Shown here one piece after another: positions 28,946 through 38,364 of a stretch of 64,000 nucleotides of DNA. Source of the DNA: Candidatus Zixiibacteriota bacterium (GTDB lineage Bacteria; Zixibacteria; MSB-5A5; GN15; FEB-12); contig CP070674.1 of the NCBI GenBank assembly GCA_020351995.1, forward strand, positions 3,533,169-3,597,168. Direction: 5' to 3'. The first letter of the stretch is position 1; the number at the start of each line of letters is the position of its first letter. The notes under the pieces were generated by a model, which saw nothing but the letters and a program-made list of their open reading frames with translations, had not been told where the DNA came from and made no database searches. The translations under genes and the position numbers were made by a program.

Positions 28946-30600
28946 CTACTGAAGTCAAAAAAGCTCCAAGCGCAGGCATATCAACGGACCCTGCCCGAAA
29001 ACAGGAGGGACGGCAGATACTGGCCCTGGACACCTTGTCGAAGCTGGCACGCCAGTTTTCGAACCACCCGGATTTCGGACAGCTCAATGAACTAATGGTG
29101 TTGACTATCTCCGGGCAGTTCTCCGTTCCCAATACCTGCGCGTTGATAAGGCAGCCAGGTACCCAGAGCACGGTGCCGCTGTTATACGGCACGGGCAAGC
29201 TGCGCAACGACCGTCTCCTTCTCAGTCAGGAACTCACCGATGAACACTGCGAATACTTTCTGCTGAACAGGTCGCCGGCAAACGCTATTGAACTGACCGA
29301 ACACGACTCTACCGCCAACCTCGGATATGTATTGTCAGAGTGCGGAGTAAAGCTGGTCGCGCCCCTGGTTCATAACGACAATGTGATCGGAATCCTCTGT
29401 CTCGGCGAGCGGGTGACCAAAAAACCGTTTACGGATTCCGACCATGAACTGCTCGCCACTCTCGTCAATACTATCACCCCGTTTCTGGCCAGTTCATTCT
29501 TGTTTCTCGAAATCGCCGGTTTGAATAAATGGTATCTGGCTATCCTCGATAGTGTGGGGCAGGGTGTTTTTGTCTTCAACTCGCAGGGCCAGCTGAAAAA
29601 GGTCAATAACACCGGTTTCAACATATTGAAGTCATTCAAGCCACACCTGGTACACATGTGCGCCATCCTCAAAGCGCCAATGGAACTGGTGTTCGATAAT
29701 ACCATATTCAGGGATTGGACGAAACGATTCAAGGGCGCCCTCAAGGATCCCCGGACCAGGTTGCTGGAAAACATGGTCGCTACTTCGGAGGACATCAAGA
29801 GAATATATAATGTCCATATCAGTCGAATGGATAGTCAATCAGTTCTGGAGTCCGACCTTATCATAACCATCGACGATATCACCGACCAGAAGCAGAGCGA
29901 ACATCAAATCTTCGAACTCCAGAAGCTGGCCGATATGGGTGTTATGGCGTCTTCCATCTCGCATGAGCTCAACAATTTCCTTGGCCTCATCCTGGGCGGC
30001 GTGGAAATGACCGAAATAGCGCTCAAGAAAGATGATATGGAGAAAGTTGGCATCAATCTGGGCAAGCTTAAAAACAGCGTGGCCAAAATGGAACGCTTCA
30101 CCAACGGGCTCATGGATTATGCCAAGCTCGAGACACAGAAAAAACCGGGCTCACTCAACAACGTTATCGCAGAAGTGATGACCTACGTTACGGCCCAGAA
30201 GAAATTCAACCGTATTCGGGTACTGTCGGAGCTGGATCCGAAGCTGCCCGAAGTTGACCTTGACGCTGGCCAGATCTCGCAGCTGCTGTTGAACCTGCTT
30301 AACAACGCCGCCGACGCTATTTACGAGGCGAGGCGAGACGTCGGCGAGATAGTGGTGAGAACTTTTACCGAGCACGCTTTGGCTGTCCTGTCAGTCTCTG
30401 ACAACGGAACCGGCATCAAACCGGAGGTAAGCTCAAAATTGTTCAAGCAGGGATTCACCACCAAGGAGAAAGGCCATGGCCACGGTTTGGTCACCTGCGG
30501 CAAGATTATTCGAAATCATGACGCTGAAGTCTTAGTGGATTCCAAACCTGGCAGCGGCACTACCTTCGTCTTCCGCTTTCCATTAGAAATTCACAGTTGA
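28942..30600 (+). CDS. GAF/PAS-containing sensor histidine kinase
   Basis: ATGA overlap with the upstream gene. H-box SSISHELNNFL, N-box LLNLLNNAADA, G-boxes DNGTGI and GHGHGL. No cognate receiver is adjacent. Confidence 0.85.
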   Translation: MTTEVKKAPSAGISTDPARKQEGRQILALDTLSKLARQFSNHPDFGQLNELMVLTISGQFSVPNTCALIRQPGTQSTVPLLYGTGKLRNDRLLLSQELTDEHCEYFLLNRSPANAIELTEHDSTANLGYVLSECGVKLVAPLVHNDNVIGILCLGERVTKKPFTDSDHELLATLVNTITPFLASSFLFLEIAGLNKWYLAILDSVGQGVFVFNSQGQLKKVNNTGFNILKSFKPHLVHMCAILKAPMELVFDNTIFRDWTKRFKGALKDPRTRLLENMVATSEDIKRIYNVHISRMDSQSVLESDLIITIDDITDQKQSEHQIFELQKLADMGVMASSISHELNNFLGLILGGVEMTEIALKKDDMEKVGINLGKLKNSVAKMERFTNGLMDYAKLETQKKPGSLNNVIAEVMTYVTAQKKFNRIRVLSELDPKLPEVDLDAGQISQLLLNLLNNAADAIYEARRDVGEIVVRTFTEHALAVLSVSDNGTGIKPEVSSKLFKQGFTTKEKGHGHGLVTCGKIIRNHDAEVLVDSKPGSGTTFVFRFPLEIHS

Positions 30601-30786
30601 TCCCTCAGAGCCGCCGGCGCTGCGCCGGTAACTTGGCCGAAAGTGACGTGTCTGTCAATTTTGCTCGACATTTACTATCCAGTGTGTATATTAACTTACG
30701 GAATAGTCATCCTGACGACCTCACATCCGAGAGCATAATCTATTGATATCACACCACTTGCGCGGCGAGGGATAATCTGGTCATGG

Positions 30787-30801
30787 TGGCACACCATTTG
30801 T
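30787..30801 (+). promoter_or_regulatory. Sigma54-like promoter candidate
   Basis: TGGCAC-accat-TTGT lies 47 nt upstream of the 30848 start. The -12 element reads GT rather than GC. Confidence 0.3.
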
Positions 30802-30847
30802 TACGCATTTTATTGGATACTAGCCCTAAAAAATAGGAAGGTAAGCG

Positions 30848-31255
30848 ATGTTCAGGCGAATGATGAGTTCAGTGACGCTGGTCGCCTTTATGCTCTATAC
30901 TGTGGGTCTGACTGGCTGTACCCAGATGGTCAGAATGCCCATGGAGGAACTCGACATGAAAAAGATGGAGCGGGGCGAGCAATCGATAAGAGGTTCCATA
31001 ATATCGTTACAGAAGAAAGACGGCACGCGTCTGACGTTCGATAAGCGCCACGGCCGTATCGATCCAACCGCCAACGTGGTCGTTGGGCACTCCCCATCGA
31101 ATGAATACCTCAGGGTTCCGGTGAGCGAGGTGGCCGTCCTTGAAGTATCCAGAGTGGACGGGGGGAAAGCAGGTTTGGTAGTCGGAGGGGTTGCCCTGGG
31201 ATTTGCGCTGCTGTTACTGGCAGCCTCCAACACTGGACTTGGCGACTCGGACTAG
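30848..31255 (+). CDS. Lipoprotein with C-terminal hydrophobic helix (paralog 1)
   Basis: 135 aa with lipobox GLTGC. It aligns along its length with the next ORF. Confidence 0.55.
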   Translation: MFRRMMSSVTLVAFMLYTVGLTGCTQMVRMPMEELDMKKMERGEQSIRGSIISLQKKDGTRLTFDKRHGRIDPTANVVVGHSPSNEYLRVPVSEVAVLEVSRVDGGKAGLVVGGVALGFALLLLAASNTGLGDSD

Positions 31256-31304
31256 CTATGGATAGCTGATTACTGGATACTGACAGAAGACAGGAGGATA
31301 AACA

Positions 31305-31718
31305 ATGTTCAGGCAGATTGTGAGTTCGGTGACCCTGGCGGCCTTCCTGCTTTACAGTATGGGTCTTACTGGCTGCACCAAAGCGGTCAGGATACCAATG
31401 TCAAAAGTCGATGTGGCAAAGGTTGAGCGCGGTGTGTACCCGATAAAGGGCTCCATCAAGTCGCTGCGTAAAAAGGACGGCACGCATGTGTCGTTCGACG
31501 GGCGTCATGGCCGTGTCGATACGGCCACCAAAGCGGTCGTTGGCTACTCACCCGCGAATGAATACGTCAGTGTTCCACTAAGCGAGGTAGCTTACCTTGA
31601 GGTGTTGCGTGCTGATGAGGGGAAATCGTCATTGGCACTCTATGGGGTTCTGGCAGGGATTGGGCTGTTTCTCGTGGCCGTTGCCGAGATGGGCGATTTT
31701 GACTGGGACGCCGATTGA
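31305..31718 (+). CDS. Lipoprotein with C-terminal hydrophobic helix (paralog 2)
   Basis: 137 aa with lipobox GLTGC. It is a tandem paralog of 30848-31255. Confidence 0.55.
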   Translation: MFRQIVSSVTLAAFLLYSMGLTGCTKAVRIPMSKVDVAKVERGVYPIKGSIKSLRKKDGTHVSFDGRHGRVDTATKAVVGYSPANEYVSVPLSEVAYLEVLRADEGKSSLALYGVLAGIGLFLVAVAEMGDFDWDAD

Positions 31719-31806
31719 GCAAGCGAAAGAGTCGGGAGCAGAGTTTGGCATTAGGTGATATTGAGGCGATCCTCGCGCGAAATCAGCAGATCCTTGCCGT
31801 AAAGGG

Positions 31807-31835
31807 TTGACAAAAAGTCTATTTGCCGGTATAGT
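31807..31835 (+). promoter_or_regulatory. Sigma70-type promoter
   Basis: GGGTTGACA-17 nt-TATAGT. Confidence 0.6.
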
Positions 31836-31966
31836 TATCAACATATACGACTCGCGCCTGCATCCAACGGGGCTAAGTAGCAGGTGCATCCACGATTTTC
31901 ATTCCTGAGTAATTTCATTCTTAAGGTACCTGTGCAAGTCAAAACAACTTTATAGGGAGGCCTTTC
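31836..31966 (+). promoter_or_regulatory. Conserved ~130-nt 5' leader (family member A)
   Basis: It shares CTCGCGCC, AGTAGCAGGT...ACCTG hairpin arms and repeated TCAT(T/C)C motifs with the leaders at 36824 and 60136. Confidence 0.45.
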
Positions 31967-34342
31967 ATGAAAAGGGCAGTCATTACCGGAAAATCACTGG
32001 TGTTGCTTATCGTATTCGGCGTCTTGCTTCCGGCACCGGCGTTTTGTGGCGAGGCCGACTACGGCTCGTCGCCGATAGTTTTCACCGAAAACCAGGGCCA
32101 ATGGGATGAGATGGTTCTGTTTCGTGCCAGTGTCCGCGGAGCTACCGTCTGGTACACTTCGGACGGTGTGTCCTATCAATTCACTCGAGAAGCTCGTAGT
32201 GGTGACGGCGAAGGACCAAATCAAATCGAGTCAATGATGATAAAAGCGTCTTTTGTAGATGCCAATTGCGCGCCGCGGGTGATCGGCGAAAGTGTGCCGG
32301 GAAGCTGGAGCAACTACTTCATCGGAGATGACCCAGGCCGATGGTGCGCCGGCATCCCGAATTTCAGCAGCATCCGGTACGAGGACATATACCCCGGTAT
32401 TGATCTGAGGTACTATGGGAAGGATGGTGCGGTGGAGTATGATTTCATCATAGCCCCGGGTGCTGACCTGTCAAGAATCCGAATCCGGTACGAGGGGGTG
32501 CGGTCAGTCTCGATAAGCGATGACGGTGAACTGCTGGTGGCAACGAAATGGGGCAAACTGGTCGAGCGGCGACCTGTTGTTTATCAAACCCTGAACAATT
32601 CTCGCGTGATCGTAGACGGTCGGTACGAGCTATTTTCGGATAACACTTTCAGCTTCTCGATCACCGGTGATTATGATCCATCGGAGCCACTGGTGATTGA
32701 TCCGGTGGTGCTGGCTTACAGCACGTATCTGGGAGGAAGCGATGATGATTACGGCCAGGGCATCGCGGTGGATGGCTCAGGAGCGATCTACGTTGCCGGA
32801 AGGACTGCTTCCACCGACTTTCCAACAGTTGATCCTTATCAAACAGACCAGACATGGACAGATGTTTTCGTCGCGAAGCTTAGCAGTGACGGCAGCAGCC
32901 TCATCTACAGCACATACCTGGGTGGCAATGCGAATGACCTGGGCTACGGCTTAGCTATCGACGCCACCGGGGCCGCGTATGTGACTGGTTACACGTATTC
33001 CACAGATTTTCCAACGCTTAACGCTTATCAGGCATCACACGGGGGTGGAGCAAGTGACGTTTTTGTTACCAAGCTCGATAACACCGGGGGTGCTCTATCG
33101 TACAGCACCTATCTCGGGGGAACCGGTTCCGATCAGGGACAGGCCATCGCAGTTGATGCATCCGGGGCAGCATACCTGACCGGGAGGACATTGTCCGCCG
33201 ATTTTCCGACCCTCAATCCGTACCAGGGGACGATTTCCGCTATATGGGATGTCTTTGTGACCAAGCTGAGTAGTGCCGGAAATAGTCTGGCCTATAGCAC
33301 CTATCTGGGAGGGAATTCGAATGAGAGAGGCGCCGGTATCGCCGTAAACGATATCGGGGCCGCTTATATCGCGGGTTATACCGAATCCACAGATTTTCCG
33401 ACAGTAAGTGCTTATCAGGGTTCAATGGCGGGAGCCTGGGATGGGTTTATCACCAAGTTAGCCATTGCCGGTAACGATCTGACATACAGCACCTATCTGG
33501 GGGGTAGCAGTGGTGACGAGAATTCCGCCATCGCATTGGACGCATCCGGATCGGCCTATGTGACCGGATGGACAGCGTCGGCCGATTTCCCGACTGTGAA
33601 TCCATACCAGGCGTCTCTGGCGGGAGAAACGGACGTCCACGTCACCAGGATGAACACGGCTGGAAGCGGCCCCGTATACGCCACCTATCTTGGCGGAGCC
33701 GGTCAGGATCAGGCCCGCGGAATCGCGGTGAACACTTCGGGGGAGGCCTGTGTCACGGGAAATACAAGTTCCGTCGATTTCCCGACAGTCAATGCGTACC
33801 AGACCAATCAGGCGCTTGGAGATATCTTCGTTACCAGGCTGGATGGTTCGGGCGATGTACTCGTTTTTAGCACGTACGTGGGCGGAAGTGGCGATGAATC
33901 ATCGGCTGCTGTGGCCGTAGATGGTTCAGGGTCGGCCTACGTGACGGGGCAGACCAATTCCTCCGATTTTCCGACGGAGGCCCCGTACCAATCCGCGTCT
34001 GGTGGTGGCTGCGACGTTGTTATTTTGAAGCTCGATGTCGAGACCGGTGGTATCACCCCCGTGGAGTATGGATTGCCGACCGAGTATAGCCTGTGCCAAA
34101 ACTATCCCAACCCTTTTAACCCGACCACGGAGATCAGCTTCAGTCTTCCTCGCGCCTCGCACGTGAAGTTGGAGATCGTCAACCTGATGGGGCGGAAGGT
34201 GTCGACTTTGATTGATGGACCGATAAAAGCCGGATACCACACGGTTTCATTCGACGGCAGTAAACTCGCCAGCGGAGTTTATCTCTATCGCCTCACGGCG
34301 GGCGAATTCGAACAGGCCAGAAAAATGATGCTGGTGAAATGA
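31967..34342 (+). CDS. SBBP beta-propeller-repeat protein with T9SS C-terminal sorting domain
   Basis: 791 aa with a signal peptide. About 8 repeats of YSTYLGG...G.AIAVD..G.AYVTG.T.S.DFPT, then the tail NYPNPFNPTT...GVYLYRL...RKMMLVK. Confidence 0.85.
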   Translation: MKRAVITGKSLVLLIVFGVLLPAPAFCGEADYGSSPIVFTENQGQWDEMVLFRASVRGATVWYTSDGVSYQFTREARSGDGEGPNQIESMMIKASFVDANCAPRVIGESVPGSWSNYFIGDDPGRWCAGIPNFSSIRYEDIYPGIDLRYYGKDGAVEYDFIIAPGADLSRIRIRYEGVRSVSISDDGELLVATKWGKLVERRPVVYQTLNNSRVIVDGRYELFSDNTFSFSITGDYDPSEPLVIDPVVLAYSTYLGGSDDDYGQGIAVDGSGAIYVAGRTASTDFPTVDPYQTDQTWTDVFVAKLSSDGSSLIYSTYLGGNANDLGYGLAIDATGAAYVTGYTYSTDFPTLNAYQASHGGGASDVFVTKLDNTGGALSYSTYLGGTGSDQGQAIAVDASGAAYLTGRTLSADFPTLNPYQGTISAIWDVFVTKLSSAGNSLAYSTYLGGNSNERGAGIAVNDIGAAYIAGYTESTDFPTVSAYQGSMAGAWDGFITKLAIAGNDLTYSTYLGGSSGDENSAIALDASGSAYVTGWTASADFPTVNPYQASLAGETDVHVTRMNTAGSGPVYATYLGGAGQDQARGIAVNTSGEACVTGNTSSVDFPTVNAYQTNQALGDIFVTRLDGSGDVLVFSTYVGGSGDESSAAVAVDGSGSAYVTGQTNSSDFPTEAPYQSASGGGCDVVILKLDVETGGITPVEYGLPTEYSLCQNYPNPFNPTTEISFSLPRASHVKLEIVNLMGRKVSTLIDGPIKAGYHTVSFDGSKLASGVYLYRLTAGEFEQARKMMLVK

Positions 34343-34371
34343 AGGGGGCGGCTTCTTTCTAAACAATAACA

Positions 34372-34401
34372 GGCTTCGGGATATCTTCCCGGAGCCTTGT
34401 T
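34372..34401 (+). terminator. Probable intrinsic terminator
   Basis: GGCTTCGGG-atatctt-CCCGGAGCC (one mismatch) followed by TTGTT. Confidence 0.45.
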
Positions 34402-34524
34402 GGTATCCCGTGTATGGATGCTGGGGCTGCCGTCGAAACAAGGATTGTGTAAATATTCAACTTCCTCTATATTTTCCTTAGTAGAAGCGAGGGTTAACGT
34501 GGGGCGCTGGTGAAGGAGGAAGTG

Positions 34525-35652
34525 ATGGGTTGGTCGAAGTTGTTCAAGGCGGTGACTCTGGTTGCTGTATTGGCTTTCATAACTTGCGGAAGTGAAGTCG
34601 GTGCGCAGGATAGCACCCTCATAACGGATATCGAGGCTCTGATTTCTATCGGTGAAGACGCTCATCCGGCCTTCATTCAATCACTGACAGAGCGCATTCA
34701 GCAGAACCGCGCGATGGTTACCGAGGCGCTGTTACCACGGCTTGAAGACCGCGACATTGATGAAAGGAACATATCGGTTTACGTCTGGGCGCTGGGGTTG
34801 ACCGAAAACAGGCCTGCAATAGATGCCTTGATAGCTCTTTGCGGTGATTCGAAATCCAGGCTGGTGGTTGCCAATTGCCTGGGGGCGCTGGCGACAATTG
34901 AAGACGGTGGCTCAGGTGAGTACCTGATGGCCGCGCTTAATGAAATATCGGATGATTACCTGCGTTTCCTGGCCCTTGACCGCCTGGCCCAAATGAAATA
35001 TGAGCCCGCTTTGCCGGAGACAGAAGAGTTTCTGAAGATGGACTACAAGACGTCACCCTGGGAAATCAAATTCATCTTCGGTAAATATGGTGATGCCGCT
35101 GTTCCGTTCCTGTTGCAAAAACTCCAGGATGGAAACAAGAACGTTCGGGGAAACACTATCTTTCTTCTGGGCAGATGGCTGATGGCCGCCGAAGCCGCGA
35201 GTGCCCTGACCGATCGTTACTGGGTAGAAAAGGAAGAAGAGTTTCGGGCGGGCATTTTGGGCTCGCTGGAGCTACTTATCTATGATAAAGGGAAATACGA
35301 AGCATTTTTCCGGGAGGTTATTGAGAAAGAAAAGAAAGAGATCGTGAAGGCATTCGCCGAGGCTTCACTGAACGGTCTCGATATGATCACTGAGATCGCG
35401 GATTCTTCCGGAAGCATGAAAGATATATCGCAAGAAGTATTTCAGACACAATATGACTTGCTTTACGAGTCGGCGGGTAAGGACGGGGATTACGAACTGC
35501 TGGCACAGGCCAGCGCCGTTACGGACGAACCCGAACTCAAGAAACTTCGCGAGCGAATATTACAGAGAAGTTCCGACGAATCCTTTTATGACTATGAGGC
35601 CGTCAACAGTATAATCTGGATCAATCGTTTTCTGGCATACAATCAGCAGTGA
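34525..35652 (+). CDS. Secreted HEAT/armadillo-like repeat protein
   Basis: The start is trimmed to the ATG at 34525, after GAAGGAGG. It has a signal peptide, and the helical repeats contain HEAT-like motifs. Confidence 0.6.
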   Translation: MGWSKLFKAVTLVAVLAFITCGSEVGAQDSTLITDIEALISIGEDAHPAFIQSLTERIQQNRAMVTEALLPRLEDRDIDERNISVYVWALGLTENRPAIDALIALCGDSKSRLVVANCLGALATIEDGGSGEYLMAALNEISDDYLRFLALDRLAQMKYEPALPETEEFLKMDYKTSPWEIKFIFGKYGDAAVPFLLQKLQDGNKNVRGNTIFLLGRWLMAAEAASALTDRYWVEKEEEFRAGILGSLELLIYDKGKYEAFFREVIEKEKKEIVKAFAEASLNGLDMITEIADSSGSMKDISQEVFQTQYDLLYESAGKDGDYELLAQASAVTDEPELKKLRERILQRSSDESFYDYEAVNSIIWINRFLAYNQQ

Positions 35653-35708
35653 GCACCGACAGGGGAGACCGGCGCCGTATGTTCCGAAAAGCTCCCTCGG
35701 CTTGAGTG

Positions 35709-35939
35709 TCACGGGCACTCAAACGGGTATATCTCGCACACCGGCTGGCTGTACTTCACATCGCCGTTGGCCAACTCGATAACGTTTCGGCAACACCATT
35801 CCGACCAGCATCCATCTTCAGTGATGTAGGTGGTTATGATGCACTGTTGTAGTATCGTTGGTTTGTTCTTGGCGGCGGCGCCCAGCGCGAATGCCAGCGA
35901 AAGCACTATCACCAGGGTCAATACTGATAATTTCTTCAC
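35709..35939 (-). CDS. Small secreted cysteine-rich protein
   Basis: 76 aa with a GTG start after AGGAGG. It has a signal peptide. The mature ~50 aa contain 6 Cys and end in FECP. Confidence 0.55.
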   Translation of the reverse strand: MKKLSVLTLVIVLSLAFALGAAAKNKPTILQQCIITTYITEDGCWSEWCCRNVIELANGDVKYSQPVCEIYPFECP

Positions 35940-36136
35940 CGATTCTTACCTCCTGCGTTAGATTTATATGATCTATTTTCGAAATCTTGCGACACTCGCG
36001 ACCCGGTCTGAGAAGATACTGCGGTAGCTCGCGATGCCTTTACTTGTTAGACACCGCGTTCTGCCGATAGAGCACGACCTTAATATAATAAATGAACATT
36101 TCCTATTTTGTCAAGCCGGCCGGCAGACAACCGAGC

Positions 36137-36166
36137 GCAAAAAACAGGCCCCCGAGAAGGGGCCTG
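36137..36166 (-). terminator. Intrinsic terminator of the 36223 gene
   Basis: On the minus strand: CAGGCCCC-ttctcg-GGGGCCTG followed by TTTTTT. Confidence 0.7.
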
Positions 36167-36222
36167 GCTGACTTAGTACCGGTGATTGGAGAAATCAGGT
36201 GATGATTTAGAATTATCCCAAC

Positions 36223-36468
36223 TTACCTTGTAATAGAGCAGTTGCAGAATTCACCAACCTCGACGCAGAGATCATAGGAACATGTCGCATCGGGCATGCC
36301 GTAGCGCTTCACGCCCTCAATTACCGTCCCGTTCTTAAGGACCTTGGTGCAGCATACATACAGTCTGGGGTAGCCGGCTTCGGAACTCGAATGAATTGTG
36401 GCTACAATCGACAACACAAACACCACAAGCAGGATGCTCGACAAAAGTGCTTTCGGTTTACTCCTCAT
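36223..36468 (-). CDS. Small secreted cysteine-rich protein
   Basis: The start is trimmed to MRSKPK at 36468, 7 nt after AAGGAGG. It has a signal peptide, and the mature part contains 6 Cys. Confidence 0.55.
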   Translation of the reverse strand: MRSKPKALLSSILLVVFVLSIVATIHSSSEAGYPRLYVCCTKVLKNGTVIEGVKRYGMPDATCSYDLCVEVGEFCNCSITR

Positions 36469-36794
36469 CTGGATGCCTCCTTTCACGGCTAGTGTCAACT
36501 ATCTCCCGCGTTCCGGTATCAAAGTCATTAGCCGGATACCCACGTCAAATTATGGGCTATCTAGGCTGAAAAATAGCGTTCGAGTGATGGAAAGCCCCGC
36601 TCCATTAACGATGCTGAGCGGCAGGTGAGGATGTCTCTCCCGTTTCCATAAATATAGCCTTGAGCCACTTCGGAGTCAACACTTTTGATGCGTCGGCGCG
36701 TAAAGACCTTGCCTTGAACCAGGACCGGATCGGACCGAGGCATAGTATCAGCCAGAGTCTGAGAGTATTGATCGGCACCAGGCTGTGTAACGGG

Positions 36795-36823
36795 TTGACA
36801 GAACGTCAAATAATGACTATAGT
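36795..36823 (+). promoter_or_regulatory. Sigma70-type promoter
   Basis: GGGTTGACA-17 nt-TATAGT. Confidence 0.65.
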
Positions 36824-36953
36824 TAGGTAATTACACATCTCGCGCCCGCTTCAATCGGAGTAAGCAGCAGGTTCATTCAAGTCATTCATTCCAAGATCAT
36901 GTCATCAGATGGTGCCTGCACAGGTCTTGTAAGTCATTTTAGAGAGGCTTATT
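36824..36953 (+). promoter_or_regulatory. Conserved ~130-nt 5' leader (family member B)
   Basis: ACACATCTCGCGCC...GCAGGT-(TCATTC motifs)-GCCTGC...AGAGAGGCTTATTATG is highly similar to the leader at 60136. Confidence 0.5.
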
Positions 36954-38279
36954 ATGAAAATGTCAATTATTCTGGCAGCCTCGTTTGTGCTGATACTGAC
37001 GAGTGCCGCAATGGCCGCCGAACCACTTTTTAGTGACCCGGTCAATTATGCGGTGGGCTTTGGTCCGCGGTCAGTTTTCTTGGCCGATTTTGACTCCGAT
37101 GGCGACCAGGACATGGCAGTAGCAAACTGTTCGTGGGACAACGTTTCAATTCTGTTCAACGACGGCGATGGGATCTTTCTCCACACGGCGGGATACTACT
37201 GGGTCGGCGATGGACCATGGTCCATTTTCGCGGCTGACCTTGATGGCGACAGTGATATCGATGTGGCGACCGCCAACGCGGCTTCCGACAATGTCTCGAT
37301 ACTGTTAAACGATGGTTCCGGGGTTTTCGGGACAGCAGTGCACTACCCCGTTGGCGACTTCCCACGGTCCGTGTGCGTTACCGACTGCAACGGTGATGGC
37401 AACAACGATCTGGCAGTGCTGAATCGCGCGACCGCTAATGTCTCAATTTTGTTCGGCAACGGTGATGGAACCTTTCAGCCGGCGGTAAACTATGCGGCGG
37501 GCACTGGTCCTACGTCTGTCTCTGCAAGCGACCTTGACGGGGACAACGATAACGACCTGATAGTGGTCAATTACAGCGGCGACAACATTGTGATTCTTAT
37601 CAACGATGGCGCGGGCAGTTTTACAGCGGGTGCCATTTGCGCAGTGGGAGATGCCCCCGTCATCGCTACCGCAACTGACCTTGATGATGATGGCGACAAT
37701 GACCTGGCGGTAGCAAATTCTGCGTCTAATGATGTTGCGATACTACTGAACAATGGGAACGCCACTTTCGCGCCGGCCACGTTTTACAGTGTCGGGACCG
37801 GACCACGCTCGGTATTTCCGGATGACTTCAACAACGACGGCCGCATAGACCTGGCCGTAGCGAACCGTTACAGTAACAATGTGTCGATACTGATTGGCAG
37901 CGGCGGGGCAAAATTCTTCCCTGGGATCGCTTACGGGGCAGACTACGGACCTCGCTCGGTTTTCGGCGCTGATCTTGACGGCGATGGCGATAAAGACCTC
38001 GCGGTCGCCAATTTCGATTCAAACAACGCTTCAGTACTGTTTAATCTGACAATAGTGCCGTGCTGTGTGACAGTTGGTGATGTCAACCGCGACGAAGATG
38101 TCAATATTCTTGATTTCCAATACCTGCGGGATTATTTGCACAAGGACGGCCCCAAACCGCCGTGTTTCCTTGAGGCTGATGTCAACGGAGATAAAATGAT
38201 TACCAGGGAAGATATGTCATGTCTGGCCAGGTACCTGTTCTCTCAGGGCACCACCTGCGTGTTTGTTGAGTGTCCATAG
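36954..38279 (+). CDS. FG-GAP/VCBS-repeat protein with C-terminal dockerin-like module
   Basis: 441 aa with a signal peptide. Repeats follow the pattern DxDGDxDxDLAVAN...NVSILLN.G.G.F. The C-terminus has two EF-hand-like dockerin segments (DVNRDEDVNILD, DVNGDKMITRED). Confidence 0.85.
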   Translation: MKMSIILAASFVLILTSAAMAAEPLFSDPVNYAVGFGPRSVFLADFDSDGDQDMAVANCSWDNVSILFNDGDGIFLHTAGYYWVGDGPWSIFAADLDGDSDIDVATANAASDNVSILLNDGSGVFGTAVHYPVGDFPRSVCVTDCNGDGNNDLAVLNRATANVSILFGNGDGTFQPAVNYAAGTGPTSVSASDLDGDNDNDLIVVNYSGDNIVILINDGAGSFTAGAICAVGDAPVIATATDLDDDGDNDLAVANSASNDVAILLNNGNATFAPATFYSVGTGPRSVFPDDFNNDGRIDLAVANRYSNNVSILIGSGGAKFFPGIAYGADYGPRSVFGADLDGDGDKDLAVANFDSNNASVLFNLTIVPCCVTVGDVNRDEDVNILDFQYLRDYLHKDGPKPPCFLEADVNGDKMITREDMSCLARYLFSQGTTCVFVECP

Positions 38280-38305
38280 TCACGCACGAATGACCGATAG
38301 AATAC

Positions 38306-38334
38306 AAAAGCTCCGGCTTCTTGCCGGAGCTTTT
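38306..38334. terminator. Bidirectional intrinsic terminator between convergent genes
   Basis: AAAA-GCTCCGGC-ttctt-GCCGGAGC-TTTT has an A-tract and a T-tract, so it could serve both strands. Confidence 0.75.
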
Positions 38335-38364
38335 GTACTTGGCCCTGTGCTATAATCTCAAAAA

